A stretch of 24,000 bases of DNA from Acaryochloris sp. IP29b_bin.148 (GCF_028285565.1 NZ_JANQOY010000035.1:4406-28405); one strand, 5' to 3'; positions 8,599 through 15,753 are shown, counted from the first letter of the stretch. Numbers and translations: made by a program. Notes: a model not told the origin generated them from the sequence alone.

Positions 8599-10152
8599 TC
8601 ACAACCGTACATGTTGCCAACTTTGCACCTTCCCAAATCGGTAACGAGCAGGCCAGTCTATGTACTGAAGCAAATCCATCAGACTGGAAACATCTTCAGG
8701 TACCGCAATCCCGGAGGTCACCCCAGTTTCAATCCGATCATCGTAATTGGTACCGTTGAAACCGCCGAGAAAGTTGACTGATCGATTACTAGGATTGTTT
8801 TTGGCGGTCAGAATGGCTTCCATCCACAGCACACCTTCCACGTTGGTGTTTCTATCCCCTGGACAGCCCCGTCCTGAAGTGAGGAGTCTTAATTCGTCAT
8901 AGGGAAACCATAGGAAAGCATTTTGAATACAGCTTTGGTCATAGAGGTTGATTTGACTGTTCCCTCTTGCAAGAAGACGAAAGTCTCCCACCTGGACAGG
9001 TTGATCATCAGTCCGAATATTGAGGATTTTGGCACGATCCCGTAAGGTGATCACCAATTCAGGATCCCTTCCCCGATCAATGACCTCAATGTGGACAGGA
9101 CCATTCGTTGTATCAACCTGAAGGACTTCCTCGTTGTCTAATTCAATCTCTTCGACCTGATATAAGGTGGGGACCTTGCCGCCTATGCCTTGTATTGTTT
9201 GGCTTTCGGTAATCTTGCCCAAGTTCGTTCCTGGAGCAGTAGTGGGCAACTTCGGAGGGACATTACAGGCAAATATTGTTCCTGCAACGGTGTCCCCATC
9301 AGCGCCATCTAAATCGTCTGTGGACCAGATTGCATTTAAATAATCATCACGGTTTGCGTCACCTGGCGCTGCACTGTCGCTCAAAGATGAATCAGCCGAG
9401 CCGTCTGGATTGTAGTAAATATTCCCCTTACTCCCTAAAATTTCTCGCCCTCTCAAGGCAAAAAGCCCGGCATCAAACGCCCCCCGGGTATTTTGCGAGA
9501 CCACAATCCCAGGAAAATGGTCTAAATCCGGTGCCACACTAATGGAGATCAGTACCCCCGAGATTTGCCCGTTGGCACTAGATTCGACCAGTAAGGTTCC
9601 CTGCTGTTGTTGCGGATCATAGCGATAGGCTCTAAGGATGTACGTTCCGTCTGAACCGATAGAACCTGTGGTTTGAAAATTAGGCGATCCCCAGCCCATT
9701 TGTAAATGACAAGGCTGATTGCTGGGATCATAGTCTGTCCATTCATCAATCGCTTGAGCGGTTTCATCTCCGCTATTGAGGATGCCATCCGGACCTAAGT
9801 ATGTTTTACCTGTTTTAGCGTTAATTGTGTCGTAATTGCGATTCAGGAGAACGGCGTTATTGGGAGCCGTGAATTGGGCCAATATCCGGGCTACACCGCC
9901 TTCCGTTAAGGATAGGCTGGCATTAGATTCTTTTCGTTGCCAAGATGCGATGCGATCGCTTTGAGCCATCATCAACATGGATACTCCTAAGACCGCCATC
10001 ACAAAGCCCAATCCTAAGGCAAGCGGCAAGGCAAATCCTGCTTCTTGGGCTTGAATCTTGTCACCCCAAGCACGTGTTTGCTGCAACCATCGACAGAACT
10101 TTACAGCAGAACGATTCACTGGCCTCATGGCTTTTCCTAATGCGATGAGCAA
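8599..10152 (-). CDS. large PilX_N/GspK-style cap-like protein lacking Glu+5, tandem paralogue A (module 2)
   Basis: ...KIQAQEAG|FALPLALGLGFVMAVLGVSMLMMA has Leu at +5. It is a paralogue of 6739..8280 and the first gene of the minus-strand cluster. Met9 is an alternative start. Confidence 0.75.
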   Translation of the reverse strand: MLIALGKAMRPVNRSAVKFCRWLQQTRAWGDKIQAQEAGFALPLALGLGFVMAVLGVSMLMMAQSDRIASWQRKESNASLSLTEGGVARILAQFTAPNNAVLLNRNYDTINAKTGKTYLGPDGILNSGDETAQAIDEWTDYDPSNQPCHLQMGWGSPNFQTTGSIGSDGTYILRAYRYDPQQQQGTLLVESSANGQISGVLISISVAPDLDHFPGIVVSQNTRGAFDAGLFALRGREILGSKGNIYYNPDGSADSSLSDSAAPGDANRDDYLNAIWSTDDLDGADGDTVAGTIFACNVPPKLPTTAPGTNLGKITESQTIQGIGGKVPTLYQVEEIELDNEEVLQVDTTNGPVHIEVIDRGRDPELVITLRDRAKILNIRTDDQPVQVGDFRLLARGNSQINLYDQSCIQNAFLWFPYDELRLLTSGRGCPGDRNTNVEGVLWMEAILTAKNNPSNRSVNFLGGFNGTNYDDRIETGVTSGIAVPEDVSSLMDLLQYIDWPARYRFGKVQSWQHVRL

Positions 10153-10279
10153 TGAGAGGGCTGAAAGGGTTGAGAATAAAGCATTTTATTCACCAACACA
10201 CATGATATTGATCACTGCAATCAAGGCCAATCAAAGCCATAGTAAACCTGAACAAGAACAATAGATATAGACACAAATA

Positions 10280-10293
10280 GAGGTTGCAACCTC
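10280..10293. promoter_or_regulatory. perfect 14-bp palindrome GAGGTTGCAACCTC in the divergent intergenic region
   Basis: The sequence is its own reverse complement. It lies 128 bp upstream of the cluster start (10152, minus) and 253 bp upstream of the plus-strand gene at 10546. The operator role is only an inference. Confidence 0.3.
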
Positions 10294-10489
10294 AAACAAC
10301 GCTCATAGCTGTCCCCTTAACTGATGAAAGAATAAAAATTGAGATGCACTTCGTTTTTATCTCTCACTAAGAATATCAAAACAGGGCAGAAGAATGGCAA
10401 GGAATGATGGTGATGGACTCAGGCTTTCAGCTTCCTTATCGGATTCAGACCAGTCGCTAAGAGCGAGTGCAAACTATTGTGCTAACCGT

Positions 10490-10506
10490 TCTGCCATCCT
10501 GGCAGA
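10490..10506. promoter_or_regulatory. 7-bp/3-nt-loop perfect inverted repeat TCTGCCA-tcc-TGGCAGA
   Basis: Read directly from the sequence. It ends 39 nt upstream of the 10546 start codon and its AGGAG Shine-Dalgarno. It could be an operator or a 5'-UTR hairpin. Confidence 0.3.
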
Positions 10507-10545
10507 CAACCTTTCAATAATCAAAAGAACCTTTAGGAGTGGACT

Positions 10546-10947
10546 ATGTCAACTAGCAAATCTTTAGTGTCTTTAGGAAGTTGCGTCTTTGTGGCATTGA
10601 CTGCAGCGCTCCCCTTTAGTGCGCAGGCCCAAGGAAATCCTTCCCAGTTAGGTATTCCTGAAGAGACAACATTTGCCATCATCACGCGGATGAGTGATAC
10701 CGTAGCTGCTCGTATCTCAGCTTCGTCTTGTGACGATACTCGTAATCTTCTCAAAGCCATGCGTAAGAGCAAGGGCGGCAAAACCTCTGAGCTATCCTTG
10801 GAAGGCCAATTGCTCGCGTCTGCTCAAACCCAACCGAAATTAAAGCAAGTGGTGGCTAATCGAGTGGGTACCGCCTTAGCGCTCAAGCTGATGGATTGCA
10901 ATATGATGAATCCCGATACCTTAGGAGCCTTGTTTGACCAGAGATAG
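10546..10947 (+). CDS. small secreted hypothetical protein (133 aa)
   Basis: AGGAG lies 7 nt upstream of the ATG. The N-terminal Sec signal is MSTSKSLVSLGSCVFVALTAALPFSAQA|QG. The mature part looks helical, with no motif I recognise. Confidence 0.6.
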   Translation: MSTSKSLVSLGSCVFVALTAALPFSAQAQGNPSQLGIPEETTFAIITRMSDTVAARISASSCDDTRNLLKAMRKSKGGKTSELSLEGQLLASAQTQPKLKQVVANRVGTALALKLMDCNMMNPDTLGALFDQR

Positions 10948-10956
10948 TTAAACAGT

Positions 10957-12297
10957 CTAGTTTTCTACCCTATCGTGCTGGGCCTGGTAGACCTGATTAC
11001 GGCCTAACGACTTGGCAATATAGAGCGCCTGATCGGCTTGTTTGATCAGGTGCTCTTTGGTTTCGGCATCGGACGGAAAAGTCGCCACACCCAAACTGGC
11101 CGTCATTCCTATTTTCTGCAAGGAGGGCAGAATAACGGTTTCTTTCGCAATCGCTAGACGGATGCGCTCTGCGATCGCAGCACTATCATCACTATGCGTT
11201 TTGGGCAGGATAACGGCAAACTCTTCGCCACCGTATCGACAGACCACATCCCCCGGACGGACTTCCCGTTGCAGGAGTTGAGCTACTTCGCACAGGGCTA
11301 AATCCCCAGCCTGATGGCCGTAGGTATCATTTAATTGCTTGAAATGATCAATATCCACCATGATCAGCGAGACTTGATTGGTATTGCGCTGCGATCGCTC
11401 AACCTCCACCCTCAGCCAGCGATTGAATTCTCGTCGATTGTAAACCTCCGTCAGACCATCCAAGGTTGCTAATCGATATAAGTCCTGCTGGCTTTGCTCC
11501 AGTTTGGCCGCCATCAGGTTAAAGGTTTCAGCCAAATGACTAAACTCATCGTCGGTGGTCAGCGCAATTCGATGACTTAAATCCCCCTTGCCCAATTTCT
11601 CAACGCCTTGCTCTAAGGTTTGCAGGGGAACCGTAATGGACTGGGAGAGACTATACGCAAATAAGGCCGCCAACGCCACAGCCAAACCACAAATGATGGT
11701 AATTAGCTGTCTAACTTTCTGTCGAACCGTCTCTGCATGAGCAGCATTGGCATCATTCTGAAACACAATTAACCGATAATTCAGTTGTTGGACGTCTTGC
11801 AGAATCATTTTGAGCTGTTCTTTGAGTTCAACCCTGGCCGATGCTGACAAGTTAGGCCTGGATTGAGCAACAGAGGGGTCTAGAATTTGTTGACACAGTT
11901 GCGAAATTCGTTTCCATTTCCGCTGTATTTCCAGAACAGCATTTACCTGGGCTGGATCCTGATGGGAAAATTTTGAGAGCCTAGCCAAACTTATTTTAAT
12001 GGCCTGACTTTTGGCCTGGTACTCATCCCACGTCATTGGGACAGAGGGTTCTACGGGAGAGGTAACAACATTTAAATCTAAGAGTAACCCCTCAACATGG
12101 GCCAGAGGGAACAATGCTTCTCGGCCTACATTGTCGCGCTGCTTAAAACTATCTAATGCCCCTTCAAAGGAAACGACAGCCCCTCCTGCCAACATCAGCA
12201 AGGGGACCAACATAGTTCCTAAACCTAATCTTAGGCGTTGGTTTAGAGATGTTTTAGGTGTAAACCAAAAGGGCATAACATCCTGTTTATTCAGCAC
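10957..12297 (-). CDS. membrane sensor diguanylate cyclase (2TM periplasmic domain-HAMP-GGDEF)
   Basis: TM1 is at about aa 24-44 and TM2 at about aa 197-217, followed by a HAMP-like segment (ITVPLQTLEQGVEKLGKGDLSHRIALTTDDEFSHLAETFNLMAAKL). The GGDEF domain has LTEVYNRREF, DIDHFKQLNDTYGHQAGD and active-site RYGGEEF (11218-11232). The RxxD I-site RPGD sits exactly 5 residues upstream (11248-11259). Confidence 0.9.
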   Translation of the reverse strand: MLNKQDVMPFWFTPKTSLNQRLRLGLGTMLVPLLMLAGGAVVSFEGALDSFKQRDNVGREALFPLAHVEGLLLDLNVVTSPVEPSVPMTWDEYQAKSQAIKISLARLSKFSHQDPAQVNAVLEIQRKWKRISQLCQQILDPSVAQSRPNLSASARVELKEQLKMILQDVQQLNYRLIVFQNDANAAHAETVRQKVRQLITIICGLAVALAALFAYSLSQSITVPLQTLEQGVEKLGKGDLSHRIALTTDDEFSHLAETFNLMAAKLEQSQQDLYRLATLDGLTEVYNRREFNRWLRVEVERSQRNTNQVSLIMVDIDHFKQLNDTYGHQAGDLALCEVAQLLQREVRPGDVVCRYGGEEFAVILPKTHSDDSAAIAERIRLAIAKETVILPSLQKIGMTASLGVATFPSDAETKEHLIKQADQALYIAKSLGRNQVYQAQHDRVEN

Positions 12298-13004
12298 GCG
12301 ATCAATTCACTAGAATTAGAGCTTTATGACTCTAACCCTGAGGCGTCGGTGTCAAAACTTCGCAGTAATTGGGGGGGGGACGATGGGGTGTAGAAATCGG
12401 TACATAAAGTCCACAACTCTGTTGAGGCAGAGTCAGAGTGAGTTGCTCTATTTGCCCTAATTCACTCAGTCTTGACTGTTTACCAAGAGAATTTGTCGCC
12501 CAATTATGCATGGAGCTGAAGGTAAGAACTTGAGGATACACAATTTGATTACAAGGACTAATGAAGCGAAAGTCTGATGCAAATCACTCAAATTTTGGGC
12601 AGACTTATCATTTCAATATTTTTGATCATAGCTCATTCCATTCAGGGGAGATTATGTAAAATCACTGAATTTTCTTCGTCAAGATATTTCTTTCACCAAC
12701 CTGCTCCATCCAACCCTCTGGCAATGAATATTGCTCAAAATTTAAATGTCAGTCCATGATTCGTGGGACCCTGCGTATAAATTCAACCTCAGTAACGCGG
12801 ACCTGAGGGCTCATTGGGGTGAGGGATTAAAAATTACAGCTTAAACCCGGCTTCTTTTCAGATTACTCTCAGCAAAGTTCTGTACGTTTAGGTAATCATG
12901 CTTATACTGTTAGGTGCGAAAAAAGAGTTTGCTTCCACCTCGTTGAGATGATTGAAGTCCACTGGTGAGCCATTGCTCCCTAAATCTCCCCCCGACGTAA
13001 ACGA

Positions 13005-14180
13005 ATGGTTTCTATCGCCCGCAAAAATTTATTCCAGGACCTGCCTCGCTTTATCGTTGCCCAGGCGGGCATCATGTTTTCCGTGGGGTTGGTCACCATT
13101 CAAATTGGTATCCTCAATGGGTTTACCCGTTCTTCCACCGTCCTGATCGAAAATGCCGATGCAGATATTTGGGTGACCTCTGAAGAGTTGCGCCATTTTG
13201 CCTTAACCCTACCTTTGGAATACAAACAGCTGGCTGAAGCGAAAGAGGTAGAAGGGGTCGATCGGGCCGAACCGCTGATTGCCCAATCTACGGTATGGCG
13301 GGATAAATCAAATCAGATTGCACCCATTCGGATTATTGGCTTTGACCCCGAAGATACTCTGTTTCGACCGCGTACTCTTTTAGAAGGAACCCTAAAGGAT
13401 ATCCAGCAGCCCTATAAAATCTTTGTGGATCAAGCTGACCTCAAGCTATTGGATGTCTCGGCAGTCGGTGATCGGGCTGAAATAGGATCCTACGAAGGAG
13501 AGATCAAAGGAATTACGACCGGCACCCGCTCGATTGTGGCGAGTCCTTATATTTTTACGTCTTTACCGAATGCTACGGCTTATCTAAATTCTCCCATCGC
13601 TACCCCGGATGAGACCCCTCCTGACCCGCCTGATTTAACGGATCAAAATCGGATTACCTATATTCTGGTCAAAGCGAAATCCGGTGAAAACCTATCAGCC
13701 CTGAAAGATCGCCTAGAAGAGGCCCTACCCGGGACCAAAGCCTTTACGCAAGCTGAACTCACAGAATTAACCCAAACCTATTGGCAGCAGAGTACAGGGG
13801 TCGGCTATATCTTGGGCTTAGGTGCAGTGGTGGGTATTGTGGTGGGAACCGTTGTGGTGGGCCAAATTCTCTATTCCTCCGTCACAGACCATCTGCGGGA
13901 GTTTGGCACTATGAAGGCGATGGGCTCGTCTGATTGGTATATCTATCGCGTCATCTTAGAGCAGGCGCTGTGGATGGCGGTGTTGGGATATTTACCGGGT
14001 ATGGGCCTTTGTTTGGGTTTAGGCGCTTGGACAATTCAGGCTCAAGCGATTCAGATCTTGATTAGTCCGGCAACGGCAGCCGGAGTTTTTGTCGTCACCG
14101 TCGCCATGTGTAGTGGTGCAGCCATCTTTGCTATCCAAAAAGTGACTCGACTCGATCCAGCCCTCGTCTTTAAGTCGTAA
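13005..14180 (+). CDS. ABC transporter permease, FtsX/MacB-type (DevC-like)
   Basis: N-terminal IARKNLFQDLPRFIVAQAGIMFSVGLVTIQIGILNGF forms TM1. A periplasmic domain of about 215 aa follows, then three C-terminal TM helices (GYILGLGAVVGIVVGTVVVGQILY, ALWMAVLGYLPGMGLCLGLGAW, AAGVFVVTVAMCSGAAIFAI). This is the MacB/DevC 4-TM architecture, and an ATPase gene lies directly downstream. Confidence 0.85.
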   Translation: MVSIARKNLFQDLPRFIVAQAGIMFSVGLVTIQIGILNGFTRSSTVLIENADADIWVTSEELRHFALTLPLEYKQLAEAKEVEGVDRAEPLIAQSTVWRDKSNQIAPIRIIGFDPEDTLFRPRTLLEGTLKDIQQPYKIFVDQADLKLLDVSAVGDRAEIGSYEGEIKGITTGTRSIVASPYIFTSLPNATAYLNSPIATPDETPPDPPDLTDQNRITYILVKAKSGENLSALKDRLEEALPGTKAFTQAELTELTQTYWQQSTGVGYILGLGAVVGIVVGTVVVGQILYSSVTDHLREFGTMKAMGSSDWYIYRVILEQALWMAVLGYLPGMGLCLGLGAWTIQAQAIQILISPATAAGVFVVTVAMCSGAAIFAIQKVTRLDPALVFKS

Positions 14181-14237
14181 ACCGATTCGGAAACAATACG
14201 GACTCAACTGGGAAACCTGTCAAGAGAGATACACCTG

Positions 14238-15014
14238 ATGCAACTTGCTTTTCGCCAACGACCTCAACCGATGACATTGATGCCCTCCACTCCTGATACT
14301 GCTGGTGATCTGTCTACGCCTGCCATTCAGGCTAAAGGTATTGAAATGGCATTCCAAGTGGGCGATCAGCAGTTCAAGGTTTTGAAAGGCATTGATCTAG
14401 AAATTAACACTGGGGATGTCGAATTGCTGATGGGGCCGTCAGGGTCGGGGAAAACGACGCTACTGTCGATCATAGGGGGCATCCTGACCCCCACCAGTGG
14501 ACAGGTTTCCTTACTTGGCCAAAGCATTACAGGACTGCCTCGCCATAAGCTTTCCAAGTTTCGTTTGCAAAATATCGGCTTTATTTTTCAGGGCTTTAAC
14601 CTCTTTCCTGCTCTGACGGCAGCGGAGAATATTGAAGCGACCCTGAATTTAAAGGGGATTCGGGGTCGAGCCGCAAAGAAGCAATCGATCAAGCTGCTGC
14701 GGCAAGTAGGACTGGCGGATAAGACCCGAAGTCTGCCGCGGGATTTGTCTGGGGGGCAAAAGCAACGGGTTGCGATCGCAAGAGCATTAGCCGGAAACCC
14801 CAAGTTAATCCTGGCAGACGAACCCACAGCTGCCCTGGACTCTCAGCGAGGCCATACGATCATGGAACTGCTGCGTAAATTGGCCAAGGAAGAAGGCTGT
14901 ACGGTCCTTATGGTCACCCATGACTCCCGAATTATGGACATCGCCGATCGCGTCGTTTATGTAGAAGATGGACTGATTACACCGAAACCTGCGAATCCTT
15001 CCTTTGTGAAATAA
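14238..15014 (+). CDS. ABC transporter ATP-binding protein (MacB/LolD/DevA-like)
   Basis: Walker A GPSGSGKTTLL, signature LSGGQKQRVAIARAL, Walker B LILADEPTAALD and H-loop VTHD are all present. Met12 or Met15 are possible alternative starts. Confidence 0.95.
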   Translation: MQLAFRQRPQPMTLMPSTPDTAGDLSTPAIQAKGIEMAFQVGDQQFKVLKGIDLEINTGDVELLMGPSGSGKTTLLSIIGGILTPTSGQVSLLGQSITGLPRHKLSKFRLQNIGFIFQGFNLFPALTAAENIEATLNLKGIRGRAAKKQSIKLLRQVGLADKTRSLPRDLSGGQKQRVAIARALAGNPKLILADEPTAALDSQRGHTIMELLRKLAKEEGCTVLMVTHDSRIMDIADRVVYVEDGLITPKPANPSFVK

Positions 15015-15119
15015 GATCTGAGTGATGGATCTTGGCCACAATAATTGTGGTATTACTCTCTGTGGCGATGTTAGCGATGTCTTGAGAACGACAGTTAGAG
15101 CAGGACAATGTCGACATTG
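15013..15119. repeat. cluster of three palindromes immediately after the ABC operon
   Basis: AAGATC(15013-15018)/GATCTT(15028-15033); a perfect 15-nt palindrome CCACAATAATTGTGG (15036-15050); and a perfect 14-bp palindrome CAATGTCGACATTG (15106-15119). All were read directly from the sequence. Their function (terminator, protein site or mobile-element end) is unresolved. Confidence 0.6.
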
Positions 15120-15502
15120 CTGATGCTGGAATATGGACATACCTATCTTTACCTTTGGGGCGTCCACCAACGATAGTGATATGACTGTTAAATGGATACT
15201 CAGAAAAACGGATAGGCAATCTCAGTCGTAGACTTGGTAGCAGTTCCTACTAGCAAGGAGCGGCGCGCATGTACCCCTTTTTTGGGGTAGTGCCCACAGA
15301 ACTTACCTCCAGATTCAGTGGGTCGCCCAGTAGGAAGAGATGTATACAAATATTAATATTAATTTATGTTCAACTTGTTCGCGAACCTCTAACCTCAGAT
15401 TATATGGTTAGATTGCCCTTGTTAAAGATACAAACAAGTGCAAGCTTTGGAAATTGATTTACTAAAACCTTATTCACTTTTATTCATTACGGAATTTGAA
15501 TC

Positions 15503-15700
15503 ATGGCTAATTCTAAAAATAGTGCAACTGTGGGCAAAGGCTATATGTCTGCCTTTACAACGATTGTAGTCACAATTGTAAGCTTGTTTATAGTAGGACT
15601 AATATTTGCTGTACTTGTCAAAACATCCACACCTTGTTCATGTGATACGACTGGCACATACTTTAGCTTAAGAAGCTTATCTTGTCGTCCATGTGTTTAG
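15503..15700 (+). CDS. small single-TM membrane peptide with Cys-rich tail (65 aa)
   Basis: The ORF has one clear TM helix (FTTIVVTIVSLFIVGLIFAVLV) and the tail PCSCDTTGTYFSLRSLSCRPCV (CxC...CxxC). A strong intrinsic terminator lies 54 nt downstream. There is no clear Shine-Dalgarno and I recognise no homology. Confidence 0.4.
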   Translation: MANSKNSATVGKGYMSAFTTIVVTIVSLFIVGLIFAVLVKTSTPCSCDTTGTYFSLRSLSCRPCV

Positions 15701-15753
15701 CGAGGAATAGCGAAAGTCATCGGTATAATGACTAGCAAATAGTCCTTTAAGAG

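Noticed and set aside
10201-10216. CATGA-N6-TCACT, considered as a CRP (SyCRP1-type TGTGA-N6-TCACA) site upstream of the pilin cluster
   Set aside because: Only the TGA-N6-TCA core matches, i.e. 6 of 10 consensus positions. That is too weak to call without a scoring matrix or conservation data.
12332-12759. 69-aa (minus) and 60-aa (plus) ORFs in the cyclase/ABC divergent region, considered as a degraded devB or small genes
   Set aside because: Neither has HlyD-like or any other motif. The first owes part of its length to the C9 tract (PPP). Neither has an SD. I treat them as non-coding.
14805-15219. 121-aa and 80-aa minus-strand ORFs, considered as a transposase (TnpB) gene or pseudogene feature
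   Set aside because: Most of their length is antisense to the well-supported ABC ATPase gene. The TnpB resemblance is confined to about 30 residues with imperfect spacing. It is kept only as a low-interest hypothesis in the findings and not as a feature. ORFs 14366-14557, 14588-14827 and 14019-14207 are likewise antisense shadows.
15269-15457. 62-aa plus-strand ORF in the AT-rich tract
   Set aside because: It has no motif, no SD and an odd composition. It spans the TACCCC-TTTTTT-GGGGTA hairpin (15272-15289). It is more likely non-coding.
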